NCBI RefSeq assembly: GCF_030684315.1
Contig: NC_081393.1
Coordinates: forward strand, 16,301,479 to 16,365,478
Length of the DNA: 64,000 nucleotides
Origin: Stegostoma tigrinum
Lineage: Eukaryota
Direction: 5' to 3'
A model generated the notes under the pieces. It did not search any database, was not told where the DNA came from, and saw nothing but the letters and a program-made list of their open reading frames with translations. The translations under genes were made by a program, and so were the position numbers. This document shows, piece after piece, positions 36,905-50,899 of the stretch (positions within the stretch are counted from its first letter, which is position 1; every line of letters begins with the position of its first letter).

Positions 36905-39040
36905 CACCATAAGATGGGAGCAGAAAGCAAGCCGTTGAACCCATCAAGTCTACTCCACCGTGGGATCGTGGCTAATCTGGCAATGCGTAACTCCTTTTTC
37001 CTGCCTTTTCTCCAGAGGTCTTGATTTCCTTACTGATTAAAATGTGTCTCTCTCATCCTTGAGTATACTCAATGATCGAGCCTTGACGTGCATTCACTGC
37101 CAGGAGAAATTCCTCTTCAACCTTTGTTTTAAGAGGCAACCCTTTAGTCTAAGGTTAGACCCTCTGATCCTATATTGCTCCACCAGGCAAGACAACCTGG
37201 CCACATCTAACCTGTCAAGTCCTCTAAGAATCTTATAAGTTTCAATAAGGTCATCTGTCACTCTTCTAAACTCCAACAAGTACAGACACAACCTATTCAA
37301 CCTCTTCTCATAAGGAGCCTTCCATACCCAGAATCATGCCTAATGAATGCTCTTTGAACTGCCTGCAATGCAACTACATCTTTCCTTTGATAAAAGGTCC
37401 AAAATTGTTCACACTATTTTAGTTTTGGACCTTCTTTAGTTTTAGCAAGATTTCCTTATTTTCATACTCCATTACTTTATACTAAAAGCTAACGTTCCAT
37501 TTGCTTTCCTTTGCTAGCTAAACATATATGCTAGTTTTTTTGAGATTTATGCACAAGGACCTCCCTCTGCGTTATAGCTATCCACTTTTTCTTATAGCTC
37601 TACTTCTTCTAGTTATATAGTCTTTCTCTACTTAAATATTATTTGGATCTTGCATTCTTCTCGCCAAAGTCCATAGCTTCACATTTTCCCACATATTCCA
37701 TCTGCTTAGTTTTTGCCCAATGTCGTAACCTGTCTATATCCCTCTGTGGACTCTTTGAGCCATCCTCAACACTTGCCTTCCCACATTTTTGGGTTATCTG
37801 CAAACTTGGCGAAAGTATGCTCATTTGCCTCATCCTGATCATTAAAATATATTCTAAGTAATTTTGGCCCTAAAACTGATTCCTGTGACACTGCACTCCA
37901 CTAGTTACAGATTCCCAATTGTCTGTCTTCTATGAGTTAGCCATTCCTGTATCCATGCCAATAGACTGCTTCTAACACCACAGGCTCTTATTAAGTATGC
38001 AAACATGTGGTACTTTCTCAAACACCTTCTGAAAACTCAATATACCACATCCACAGCTTCCCCTTTATCCATCCTACTTGTTACCTCATTAAAGAGCTGT
38101 AGTAAATTTGTCAAGCTTGACTTTCCTTTCATGAGGCCACACTGAATCAGCTTGACCATATTATGTATTTCTCAATGCTGTGCTATTACATTTTCTTTAA
38201 TAGACTCAAACATTTTACCAATATCAGATCCTAAGCTAACTGGCCCATTGCTACCTGACTTTTATCTCCTCTACCCTTTTTAAATAAATGTATTGCATTG
38301 GCAGGTTTCCAATGATCTGGGACTTTTCCAGACACTAATATTTCCTGAAAGATTACAGGTGTATCCACTGTCTCTGTAGCTCCATACTTTAATATTGTAG
38401 GGTGCATTCCATCAGGCCCAGAGAGGGGGTGGAGGGCATAGATCTCAAGCCCCATTAGTTTCCATCACATTTTTTCTCTCGTGACGGACATTGTATTTAT
38501 TTCCTGGCCTCTTTTTGCCCCTTGAGTATTTAGTAGTTGTGGAAAGTTATTAGTATCTTCCACTGTGAAGACTTATGCTAAGTATTTATTCAACTCCTCT
38601 GCCCTATCCTGCTTCCCCATTATTATTTCCACAGCCTCATACTCTAAGGCACGATGTTAACTTTGGCCTCTCTGTTCCAGTTTAGATATTTAAAGAAGCT
38701 CTTTCTGTCCATCTTGATCTTACTTGAAAGGTCACCCTCAAAGTTTCTCTTTTTCCCTCTTTCTTTTGTTTTTGGTTTCCTTTTTTAAACATTTTCCCAA
38801 TCCTCTGGCTACCACTAATCTTTACCACATGTTATGTGTTCTGTCTTTCAGTTTGAAGCTAGCCTTCACATTCCTGGTTAACCACGGTGAGCTTATTCTT
38901 TTGCTAGAACTCCTCTTTCTCACCGGAATATATCTTTGCTGTGAGTGTTAATTACTTTCGTAAATACCTACCATTTTGCCTCAACTATCTTTGCTGCTGA
39001 ACTCCTTTCCCAGTCAATTCCAACTAGCTCTGCTCTCATT
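36905..39040 (-). mobile_element. Degenerate CR1 LINE
   Basis: ORF remnants DLIETYKILRGLDR, LQRDIDRL-like, GPDGMHP. Confidence 0.85.
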
Positions 39041-39289
39041 CAAACAAGTCTGACGAGGCTCTATTTAAGAGATTTTTAACATAATTGAAAATGGAGGTAA
39101 GTAAGTGATAGGAGGTGGTAATTACTTGAGAGTGGGAGACATACTGCAAGAATAAAAAGATGTCATTAGAGATCTGTACTGGGGCCTTGCCTTTTCATGG
39201 TTCTGCATATAACAACGACCTAATGAAGTTGCATAAGTTTGCAAATGATACAAAGCTGGTAATGTTAACTTTTCAAACAGAGCAGTGAG

Positions 39290-39412
39290 TTACAAAGGGT
39301 TTTGGCCTGAAACATGGACTTTTCTGCTCCTTGGATGCTGTCTGACCTGCCGTGCTCGTCCAGCCTCACACCTATAGACTCTGGCTTCTAGCATCTGCAG
39401 TCCTTATTGTCT
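39290..39412 (+). mobile_element. Decayed Penelope 3'-end/pLTR fragment
   Basis: aagggttttggcctgaaacat...gatgctg..tgacctgc...gcatctgcagt resembles the first family. Confidence 0.65.
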
Positions 39413-39674
39413 GTAAAACAAGTTGAAATGGAAGAAATAGTGTATTATGAGCAAGTGAGGTAATTCACCTTGAAAGAAACAAATTGCATTTTTTGCTTAA
39501 AAAATGAGATGCTAAGATTTATGTATGTGTGAAGGGATTTATTGGGTCTCATGTATACATCACTAAACACCAATCGACAGGTCTTACAAAAAAGGACATC
39601 TAAGTGACTAATTATATGTCGGTCGTTATTTCAGGAGGTTTGAATTGGACCGATGCTGGTGTAGGAGGGAGGAC

Positions 39675-40152
39675 TTTAGATATATGGATAGTTGGGATGT
39701 CTTCTGGGGAAGGTAGGACCTCTACAAGAAGGACGGCTTGCGCCTGAACTGGAGGGGCATCGATATCCTGGGCAGGAGGGTTGCTAGAGTTCTTCCGGAG
39801 GGTTTAAGCTAGTGTGTTGGGGGTCTGGGGGCGGGAACTGAAACAACAGGCCAGTCAGTGCAGGGACTGGGGTCAAAAGAGAGACTGAGGTATGTATGGT
39901 GCAGAGTAAAAACAGGGGGAGAGAAGTTGCAGGGCTCAGTGGAACTGGAGGTCTGGAGTGCATTATTTCAATGCAAGTATAAAATTAAGACAGATGTGCT
40001 AAAATCATAGATTACTGCATGCGATTATGATGTTATTGCCCTTACGGAGACATGGTTAAAGGAGCGGCAGGACTGGCAGCTTAACATTCCAGGATATCGC
40101 TGTTTCAGATGGGACTGAAAGGGTAACCAGAAGGTTGAGGTAGTTGCATTGC
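39675..40152 (+). mobile_element. CR1 fragment spanning ORF1 esterase end / ORF2 start
   Basis: DLYKKDGLRLN (GDSL/SGNH DGLHL-like), then YDVIALTETWL..QDWQLNIPGY. Confidence 0.7.
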
Positions 40153-41368
40153 TAGAGCGCCCTCTTGTGCTCATGTTAATTTTTCTAAAGTACTCATTTG
40201 CCGTCAGCATGGGAAATGGTCGCGAGAATATTGGAATAATTGGGCTGTGAGGTTAGAAACGGACAGATGAGGATTTCAGTTGTGGATGATTGAAAGCAGA
40301 GTTGGATGCGGGCAGGTTATGGAGTCAGCCAAAGTTGCTGTGCAGCAAATACTATAATGGTTTTGCGATAAATGGAGGCAGCTTGGACTGATGCTGATGA
40401 CACAAGCAGCAGATGGGTTATGAATGAATGAGGTGGAAATGTCATCAGTATATTTTTGGAACTTGACATTTTTCTCATGTTGTCACGGATAGAACGGTAT
40501 GAGTTGAAAAGTTCAAGTTCCTGCTGTGTGTGCTAACTGTACAATAATAATTGTTTGTGTCATTATAGAATAACTTCTTCCCTCTTGTACTCCATGTCCT
40601 TATTTACGCAACCCTCAAGGCATTTGACCTTTTTCTGAATTTGACAATCTGGATTTGCAATTTCAGTTGAACAGTTGCTGTCTTGGAACTTATGATGAAG
40701 AGGCGACTGTTTATCCCCTGTTTGTCCAATCATCGGAATACTGATCTGTATGCTAACAGCACATTGCTGTAATTGTACTTCTGGCAACAATAAAATTAAA
40801 ACGTCAAACCTGAGATTAACAAATGATAGCACGTCAATTGCCCTTTACAGGTGAATTCCAAACTTATTTTCCTGAAAGGTTTGGCTCTAAATTGTACATT
40901 GAACCCACCCTCGCTTATCCTCAACCTCCTCAACTGGGTTTACACAATGTAGCCTATCTTCTCTCCTTTCATGATCTCCTTACTCTAAGTTTAAACCCAG
41001 GTGTTTTTTTAACTCTGTTTCTCTCTCCTCAGAGGTTACCTGACCTGTTAGATATTTTTACCATTTTCTCTTTCTTTATCACAAAGTAAGTAATTCTTTG
41101 CCAGCAAAGTTCAAGGGGAATGAATGTAGATTGTAACTTAACATATAAAACAATCTTCCCCACAACATTCCGTGTCAAAATACTTATTGCAGATTTGTCC
41201 TTAGTAATTTGTTGTGCAACATTATCTTGTTTTGGACTTGCCATTGAAAATAACATTTTCCGTAAGGCAGGGTTCCAATATGTCAAGCATGACTTCAGTG
41301 AGATTAACAGCTGTGTGTGGATTATGCCAGCTTGCTGATGTAGAGTCCTGTTAAATATTGTCTGCTAC

Positions 41369-41574
41369 TCTAAGGCTTTGGAGTAGATTTGTAGCTCAGG
41401 TTGTGGGTGTTCAGATTGGTTGGCTCGTTGAGCTGGTTTGTTGTTCTGTTTGTTTTCCCACCTGGGTTCACATTGATGCTTCATCAGAGGTTGCACTGAG
41501 GATGTTACCAAGCACAGTAACAAAACGTCTGTGGAACAACAAACCAGCTCGGCGAGCCAAACATCCTCAACATG
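41369..41574. mobile_element. Third family of short palindromic element with hammerhead-like core (CTGAGGA 41496; stem GTTAC/GTAAC; AAAA-CGTC)
   Basis: Inverted arms 41420-41446 / 41534-41560; 10-bp flanking direct repeat tgtctgctac (41359-41368 / 41575-41584). Confidence 0.7.
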
Positions 41575-41659
41575 TGTCTGCTACAAACGTCTGCTACATT
41601 TGGTGTTTTTTTTATTCTCTGGAATGATTTTCAGCCATTAAAAACATAATAACCATCAT

Positions 41660-43580
41660 TGGAGAAAATGTGCTCGGGCGACTGATGGGGCCAAAGACCA
41701 TATGACCTCTGGGCCTGATAGATTGTGTTCTAGGAGATTAAAGTAAGCAGCTACAGGGTCAGTGGATACATTGGTAGTAATCTTCCCAGAACTTGTAGAA
41801 TCTGGTCAAGCCCCAGACAATTGGAAAACTGCCACTGTAACACCTTATGTTACTTAAAAAGGGAAGGAAATAAAAAAAATAACGTCAGAATAGTTAGCTT
41901 GGGATCTGTTATAGGGAAAAGAGACTCATAGAGATGTACAACAAGGAAACAGACCCTTCAATCTGATTTGTCCATGCCAACCAATCATCCTCAATTAATC
42001 TAGTCCCATTTGCCAGCATTTGGACCATATCCCTCTTAAACAGTTGCTATCCATATATCCATCCAGGTGCCTTTAAAATGTTGTAATTGTACCAGCCTCC
42101 ACCACTTCCTCTGGCAGCTCAATCCATACAGGCACTACGCTCTGTGTGAAAAAGGTGCTCCTTAGGTCCCTTTTACTTCTTTGCACTCTCACCCCTCAGC
42201 CTCTGATGCTCTAGGGAAAATAGTCCCAGTCTATTCAGCATCTCCAACCCTCAACCCTGGTAGCATCCTATTGTAGAAGATGTAATAGCAGACCATTTAG
42301 AAATGCATAATCTAATTAAACAGTGTCAGCATGACTTTATGGAGGTGACATCATGTCTGTTGATGTTATTAGGATTATTTGAGGAAATTACAAGCAGGAT
42401 AGATAAAGGGGAAGTAGAGGATGTTACATACTTGGAGTTTCAGAAGGTGTTTAATAAGGTGCCACACATAGGTTACTTAAAAAAATGAGAGCTTATGGCA
42501 TTGGAAGTCATATATTGGCATAGATGGAAGTTCGGCTAACTATAATAGAAGTCAAAGATTTGGGATGAGGACATTTTCAGACTGGTAACATGGAACTATT
42601 GGTGTGCCACAGGAGTTTGTGCTGATGCCACTGTTATTTATGATGTATGTCAATGACCTGGGTCAGTAAAGTGAATGCACTTTTGCCAGGTTTGCAGATG
42701 ACACAGAAATATGTGGGTGAGCAAGTGGTGAGGGTAGCACAAAGCAACTGCAGAGGGATATAGACAGGTTACGTAAGTGGCCAAAACTGGAAATGTGATA
42801 TTATGCATTTTGGCAGGAAGAACAAGGGAACTGAATGTTATTCAAATGGAGAAAGAGTGCAGAAAGCTACAGCACAGAGGGATTCGTGATCATTGTCAAT
42901 GAATCATGAAAAGCTAGCATCCAAGTTTAGCGGGTAATTGGGAAGGCTGATCGAATGTTGCCCTTTATCTCAAAGGAAATGAAATATAAAAATAGGGAGG
43001 GTTAGCTAAAACTCTACAAGGCACGGGTCAGACCACAGCTAGAATAACATGAACAGTTTTGGACCCCTTATCTCAGGAAAAATATATTGGCGTCAAAGGC
43101 AGTCCAGGGAATGTTCACAAGGCCGATACTTGAGGGACTGTCTTGAGGATATGTTGATAAGCCTTGGCCTGTAGTCATTGGAATATAAAAGAATCAGAGT
43201 TAAAATCAGTGCAACTGGACAAGATTATAAGAAGAATTGACAGGGTTTATGTGGAAAGGTTATTTCCCACAGTGGGACAGTCTAGATCCAGAGGCCCAAA
43301 TCACAGCATAAGAGGCCACATATTTAAGATGAGATGGAATTTCTTTTCACAGAGGATTCTGAATCTGTGCAATTCTTTACTGCAGAGGGCTGCCAAGGCT
43401 GTTTTTTGAAGTTTATGCAAGGCTAAAATAGACAGATTTTAATCTGCAAGGGAATCAAGGGTTATGGAAAAAAGGCGGGAAAGTGGAGTTGGCGATTATC
43501 AGATCAGCCATGATTATATTGAACTGCAGAGCAGACTTGATTGGCTGAATGGCCTACTTCTGCTCGTAAGCATTATGGTG
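41660..43580 (+). mobile_element. Degenerate CR1 LINE with an inverted CR1 3' fragment nested at ~41925-42270
   Basis: QHDF, YLEFQKVFNKVPH, FADDT remnants and 3' tail; internal opposite-strand CR1 tail. Confidence 0.85.
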
Positions 43581-44317
43581 TTAGCGGTCACCATTCTAAT
43601 TGACACTGAACAGCGAAGGTTCTTTTACCACAATGGGAAATGATGTCCACAATTGAGAAAATGCATTTTGTCACTTTAATAGTTTCACAGATTTTTAAAT
43701 TTAAGTGTCAGTTCCTGCATCTTTGCCAAAGTCACCGTTCGCACCTATTCTTGAGTGTTGGTGACAACCTTGAAGTGTCAATCATTATGGCACAGGACAG
43801 GAACTGTTGGTTCCTCAGCAGCCCCACTGCCCCTGTCTATCCTTGTTTGTGTCAATAGGATTCATCATCCTGGTTTAGACCACGTTCATAAGTAGAAACA
43901 CACACTGCATAAAAAAACGCTTCTCCTGGCCAAACTCTATGTCTCCTTATTCTTGTCCTATCAGCTAACAGGAGCAACTTTTCTTGTTTACGTTCTTGAA
44001 TCACTGCCATCCATGTAGTGCAGGTACATCCCCAGTGCTGTTAGGGAGGGAATTCAAAATTTGAGCTGGTGAGTGCGAGGGAGCAGCTGTGATGCGGCGG
44101 AGTTGTAGGTGGTGGTCACTGCAGAGATACTGTGTTGACGTGGGGCAGGCTGGAAGGTAGGAGGCGGTAAAATCAGGTTAACAAGGGGGTGGAGGGAGTG
44201 CCGGTGTGTTTATGACAACTCAAGTTGTCACCTAATCTAATCGATCCATTAATGTGTAGAGCAGAGAATAAATCATTTAAGGCCCTCTCCTTCAATATCA
44301 GAAGAGATTAACATCCA

Positions 44318-44484
44318 GAGATGTGCCAGTAAGGTGGATTGGCCAGGCGAAATTGCCCTTATTGGTCCAGGAATGTGTAGTTTTGGGTGGATAAGCCCTG
44401 GGAAACGCAGGGATGGGGTAGATCTGGGTGGGATGCTTTTTCTGTGGTGTTGCCTCCACACTGTGCAGGTTTGGATGATTCTAT
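44318..44484 (+). mobile_element. HE1/V-SINE 3' fragment
   Basis: Matches the 3' half of 52783-53120 and 53752-53970. Confidence 0.7.
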
Positions 44485-44489
44485 CAGTT

Positions 44490-44960
44490 GCGCCAGGTTA
44501 AGGAAGTCGGGGTTGGAGGGACGTGGGACGAGGTGGACGCGGCGTGAGCCGGAATGATGAGCCAGCGCTTTGCAAAGGCTTGCGGAGCGTGTCCTGGATC
44601 ATAGCCTCCGGCCGGAGGGGGGCAGTACAGGCGGGCGGGCTGTCTGCCTGGGACGCTTGCGCGGCGCCCAGCCTCAGCAGGCAGCCGCAGTGAGGCCCGT
44701 TCTCTCCTTCACGTTGCCCTCTCGCAGGCAGCGGTTCGCTCGGGTTTGATCGGCAGGAGGTATCGAGGCTGCAGGTAACGGGAGAACAGGGCCGCCCGTG
44801 GAGGCGCTGCTGCTGCTGGTGATGAGGAGAGAGATAGAGCAAGAGGGTGTACTTGGCCTTGGGGTCCGGCAGCCTGCGTGCGAGCCAAGGCCTTGCCCAA
44901 GGCCCCCACCCCGGGGCTGGGTGTGTCCCGCCGCCCGCTCCACACAGAGTATTGAGGGAG
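44490..44960 (+). promoter_or_regulatory. VDAC3: CpG island / VDAC3 promoter and probable non-coding exon 1 (donor GCAG|GTAACG at 44774/44775)
   Basis: Most GC/CpG-rich unique segment of the window; GC box GCGGGCGGGC 44631-44640; ETS-like GGAAGT 44502 and CCGGAA 44549; splice donor ~2.2 kb upstream of the ATG exon. Confidence 0.75.
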
Positions 44961-46969
44961 GGAGGGATTGACCTCCAAATTCGTGGGGTGGAGGAGTTCT
45001 CCACCTGCATCCTGCCCCCTTCAAATACCTTCCGCGCAATTGAAACCCCACCGCACCCCACATCACCTCTGCTTGCAATTTCCAAGAGAAGTTGGATGGA
45101 CAAAAAGGTGACCTTGTCAAAGTAGACGATTATAATGTGAATGCCTTTTTCTCTGTGCGGGGGCTAGGCTGAGCCGTCTGTACTCGCTGCTGAAGGACGC
45201 GCTTCGGCTTGTCCTTTGGACATTGACCCAAAGCTGCCCCCATGACGCCTTCTCTGGCTCAAAGTTAATCATGGGTGCCTGCCATGATTTATGAGAGCAC
45301 ACTGGGTACTTTCTAGGTACTGTCTAAGTAGACTGTTCAGAGATGTTGTTACTGTATGCTCCTGTGGAACGGGTGGGACTTGAACCCAGGCCCCCTGGCT
45401 CAGAGGTGTGGACAGTTTCTATGTAAAATGGCCAATACCTGCACCTAATCATGCTACTTGAGAACAGTTTTCCCTGCGTCACACATCTTGCAGTCCGTGA
45501 ACATCCTGAGTTAGGTGCAGAAAAATGCCACTTACACACCATCCAGTCAGAGTCCCAGGGCAAATACAGCCCAGGGAAACGGTCTCTCTTCACTGACAGC
45601 CATCAAACACTCCTAATACAATGAAGTAATGTCACACACTTGGCTACAGGTTGTTTCAGAGGCAAGTTCATCGGGATTCCATCCTTTGGCATTTCAGGGC
45701 AATATTTGCTAGTGTTGTGGAATATTTATGTTGTCGTACCATTACCAAACTGCTGCCCAATCTCATCTAACCTTGAACTCAGAGGTAGCAGACAGTGAAG
45801 TATCACTGTCTGTCCTCACTGGAATTGAACTGGTGGATACAGCCTATTGTCTCCCTCACTCTGCCACCAGATTACCTCCTTGACCTGCTCACCCTGGCTG
45901 TGCGACTACAGTGTGTCCTATAGACCTAGATGCATAAGAAACATTGCGGTGTCTGTGCGGCTTTAGGTTTTGTTCAAATGAACTTTTTAGAGACTGTAGC
46001 ACCAATCTTCTTGTTAAATCCTACTGCTAGAATACAGTACTTGGCTGAGTACTCATACAGACTTTGCAGTAAAAGCAATGCGTGCTGTCTGTAGTCTAGT
46101 TGAAGCTCAATCTAACAAAACCCTTAACAAATATAATCATCTCTTGCCAATTCATCAATATTGTATTTGGTGAGAGTTGTAAAGAAACATTGGGCAGACC
46201 AGGACACTGCTTAGAGATGGCGGAGAACTAGATCAGCGAGTTATTAGGAGCAAATTGTTTCGCCTGAATTTGAGAGTTTACTTGAACTTGTGAGAATCTG
46301 AACATTTTTCAGTGTGTATTGCTCTGGTTGGTCTCCTTTGAAATGTTAGAATTTGGCTCTTTACTGAGATGCCTTAAGATTTAATTGGGTCTTTGAATTT
46401 GTAGGTGCATTGCTGTGATATTTGCCCAGCACTGTTGGGGGGGTGGTGCGGTTGTATGTGTGTCAGATTACTCTACTGCAAGGTGGTGATCTGTCAATGA
46501 TACATTGTCACCCTTGAGGCTAATAGTGTTGTGCAACATTGGCACAGATCAGTGAGTGGTGTTGGAGTCGAGGAGGCAGCTTAACTGACCCAAAGAAGTG
46601 TATTACACAACAGTATTCTATTTGGTTAAGGTCTTTTAGCGCTGCAAGGGGAGGAATTTCATTTTTTGCTGCAAATTGTGCCATAAAGTTACAATGTCAC
46701 AGTGTGTTGGATCTTATTAAGATGCATTGGTGTCAGTGTACCAGACTTTCCGAGTCTGGCAGTTGAGAAAGATGTGTGACATATGTCACTTGAAGCACTG
46801 GTGTTTGCAAGTCATCGGGCAGCTGTCTGTTGATCTTTGTATTCTGAAATTTCACCATGACAAAAGATGAACAAAATGCTGGTTTTGTGTTGTGCTTCCT
46901 GCAGTAAGAATTGAAGTTGCAGTAATTTTGTGTTGGTGCCTAATCATTTGTCTCCTTTCCATAGGCAGA

Positions 46970-47036
46970 ATGTCTGTGCCACCGTCATATGCAGACTTGG
47001 GGAAGTCCAGTCGGGACCTCTTCACGAAAGGATATG
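46970..47036 (+). CDS. VDAC3: VDAC first coding exon ([22 protein letters not shown](G))
   Basis: Typical VDAC N-terminal helix; 67 coding nt; donor GTGAGC. VDAC3 paralog assigned from POLB-DKK4 synteny and the micro-exon. Confidence 0.92.
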
Positions 47037-50000
47037 GTGAGCAGCCTTTCTTCCTCTCTGAATTCTATAGCAACTCCTCTCGGAATCATGCGTTAGTTAG
47101 ATAAATTTGATGTTGTGAAATGATGGGTGTAGTCATGATATGAGAATCTGCCGGCTGATTTCATCTGAAAAAAAAATGTAATTTGCATTCTTGCAATATA
47201 TGAACTTGTCTCTGAAATCTCTTATAATAAAGGATGCTGACTCCTTGATAAGAATACCAAGCACCTAAACACAAATGAAGAATGGGGTAAAATACCCCTG
47301 TTGTATCCCAGGAATCGTTTCGGGTATACCTCAACTAAATGCTGAAGTAAATAAATTGGTACGTTTGTTGCCTGGAAACCTTTCTACGTCTGATCACCAG
47401 TGACAGTTACCCACTCAGCAATAGAAGCAGAGACCAATTGCGATCTGATATGGTCTGGAAAGGAATGCAGTGGGAATATCACTTGAGTGCCAGTGACTCC
47501 CGAAAGTGGCTGTGTATGTGTTCTGTACTGTTCACAGTGTTTGTTGGCTCTTGCACTTCAAATTGTTACTGATACTCAGATTTCTGAGTTTAGTGATCAG
47601 CTGCTCATGTTCCTTGGTTCTGAGACAGTGCAAGTGAAACCATGCAAAATAACATGTTGCTCTGCTCCCTCCATCGTAACCCAGAAAAAGGGTTCACAAA
47701 CTGCAGCCAGATTCATTCATAAGCTTGCTTTGTGATGAAACAGGAGTTGGCTGTTCAATCTCGTCGAGTTTGGTATGTTGATCAGTCCCTTGTTCCTTGC
47801 TCCAATGGCGATAATGCTGTTGCTTTCTGGGTAAATTTCTTGCTCCCTTTCAACACCTAAGGAGAACACACTCTCTGATTTGGTCTCAGCCTAGATCAAA
47901 TATTAAGATTTTTACCCCCCGCTTTGGATTCCCATTTGAGAGGGAAGAATTGTCTTCATGTCTCATGCTGATTTCTATTGTTATATTGTATTTCAACTGG
48001 ATAATCCACTAAATTTGTCTAACATCTATTGTGAATCCACCTTGAACTCATGACTTCGCCTCACTGTGGAGGCTGAAATGATTCATTGAGACATACATCG
48101 CAGAAACAGACCTCAGTCCAACTTGTCCATGCTGACCTGATATCCAAAATAAATCTAGTCCCGTTTGCCAGCATTTGGCCCGCATCCCTCTAAACCCTCC
48201 TAATCCATGTACCTATTCAGGTGCCTTTCAAATGTTGTAATTGTACCAGCCTCCACCATTTCCTCTCACAGCTCTTTCAGAAGGCCGAAGGGCTTGTTCC
48301 TGTGCTTTGTGCTTTGTTCTTTGTATTCCATACGTGCGCCACCCTCTGTGTGAAAAAATTGCCCCTTAAGTTCCTTTTACTTCTTTGCCCTCTCTCACCT
48401 TAAACCTATGCCCTCTAGTTTTGGACTCCCACAGCCAGGAGAAAGAGCTTGGCCATTCACCCTATCCCTGCCCTCTGTGAATTTATAACGTCTACAAGAA
48501 GACCCTTCAGCCTCTGATGCTCCTGGAAAATAGCCCCAGTATATTCAGCCTCTCCCTTTAGCTCAAACCCTCCAATCCTGACTATAGCCAGGAGATTACA
48601 AAAGTGGCCTAATCAATGTCCTGTCCAGCTGCAATATGACCTCCCTACTCTATACTCAAAGCGTTGGCCAATAAGGGCAAGTGTACCAAATGCCATCTTC
48701 ATTATCCTATCTACTTGCAACCCCACTTCAAGGAACTGTGAACCTGCACTACAAAGTTTCATTGTTCAGCAGTAGTTCCCAGGACCACAAGTCCAGCCCT
48801 GATTTGCCCTTCCAAATTGCAGCACCTCACGTTTATCTAAATTAAACTTTATCTGCCACCCCTCGGTTCATTGGCCCATCTGATCACGATCCTGTCGTAC
48901 TGTGAGGTAACCTTCTTTGCTGCCCACCACTCCTCCAATTTTAGTGTCATCTTCAAAGTTACTAACCATACCTCGTACATTCACATCCAGATCATTTATA
49001 TAAATGGCGAAAAACAGCGGACCCAGAACTGATTCTTGTGGCACACTGCTGGTCACAGGTCTTCAGTCTGAAAAGCAATCCTCCACCACCACCCCGCTGC
49101 CTTCCATGTTTGAGCCTGTGCTGTATCTAAATACCTAGTTCTCCCCTTGTTCTGTGTGATCTAACCTTGCTAATCAGCCTACCATGAGGAACCTTGTCAA
49201 ACGCCTTACTGAAGTGCGTGTAGATTACAGCCACCGTTCTGCCCTCGTCAATCCTCTTTGTTAATTCTTCAGAAAACTCAATTTAGTGAGACACATTTTC
49301 CCACACAGAGCCACATTGAATGTCTCTAATCAGTCCTTGCCTTTCCAAATGCATGTAAACCTTATTAGAACATAGAACAGTACAGCACGGCACAGTACAG
49401 GCCCTTCGGCAGTATGATGTTGTGTCGAACATTTACCGTAATCCTAAAGTCTATCTAACCTCCACCCCTACCTTATACTATCATCCATATGCCTATCTAA
49501 TAGCCGCTTCAATGCCCGTAATGAGGCCGACTCCATTACCCTCTCCGGCAATGCATTCCACATCCCGACCAATCTCTGAGTAAAGAAACTACCTCTGACG
49601 TCTCCCCTGTATCTACCCCCACTCACTTTACAACAATGCCCCCTTGTAATAGCTACTTCCATCCTAGCAAAAAGTCTCTGGCTGTCCACTGTATCTATAC
49701 CTCTGATCGTTTTGTACATCTCTGTTAAGTCACCTCTCATCCGTCGTCATTCTAACGAGAAAAGCCCGAGCTGTCTCAACCTTTCCTCAGAAGACCTTCC
49801 CTCCATTCCAGGCAACATCCCGGTAAATCTCCTCTGCACCTTTTCCAACGCTTCCGCATCTTCCCTGTAGTGAGGCGACCAGAACTGGACACAACACTCC
49901 GGATGTGGCTGAACCAGGCTTTTGTATAGCTAGAGCATAACTTCACGGCTCTTGAATCAGTCCCTCTATTAACGAAAGCTAACAGACCATACGCCTTAAC

Positions 50001-50495
50001 AACTCTATTCACATGAGTGGCAGCTTTCAGGGAACTGTGGACCCCAAGATCCCTCTGCTCCTCCACACTGTCAAGAATGTTTCTGTTAACCTTGTATTCT
50101 GCTTTCAAGTCTGTTCTTCCAAAATGAATCACCTCACACTTTTCAGGGTGAAACTCCATCTGCCACTTCTCAGCCCAGGTCTGCATCCTGTCAATGTCCC
50201 TTTGTAACCTAGAACAGCCCTCTGCACTGTCCACAACTTGACCTACCTTCGTATTGCCCGCAAACTTATTAATCCACCCTTCCGCTCCTTCCTCCAAATC
50301 ATTTACCAAAATCACAAGTAGAAGAGGACCCAGGACACATCCTTGTGGTACATGACTTGTAAACGAGCACCATGTTGAATATTTTCCATCAACTACCACC
50401 CTTTGTCCTCTAAGGGTCAGCCAATTCTGAATCCAATCTGCCACATTTCCCCCATCCCATGCCTCCTTACCTTCTGCATGACCCTACCATGGGGA

Positions 50496-50899
50496 GCATA
50501 GAACACTACAGCGCAGTACAGGCCCTTCGGCCCTCGATGTTACGCCAACCTGTGAAACCAATCTGAAGCCCATCTAACCTACACTATTCCATTATCATCC
50601 ATATGCTTATCCAGTGATCATTTAAATGCCCTTAAAGTTGACAAGTCTACTACTGTTGTAGGCAGGGCATTCCACACCCTTAGAGTAAAGAAACTACCTC
50701 TGACTTCTGTCCTATACCTATCACCCCTCAATTTAAAGCTATTTCCCCTCGTGATAGCCTTCACCATCCGAGGAAAGAGGCTCTCGCTGTCCATACTATC
50801 TAATCCTCTGATCATCTTGTATGTCGCTATTAAGTCACCTCTTAACCTTCTTCTCTCTAATGAAAACAGCCTCAAGTCCCTCAGCCTTTCCTCATAAGA
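50496..50899 (-). mobile_element. CR1 3'-end fragment nested inside the younger CR1
   Basis: New tail catagaacac at 50497; host ccatgggga|accttatcaaacgcc rejoins across it. Confidence 0.85.

Noticed and set aside
44498-45120. Long minus-strand ORFs (201 aa, 148 aa) over the CpG island
   Set aside because: Stop-poor because of high GC; no recognisable domain; several overlapping frames are open.
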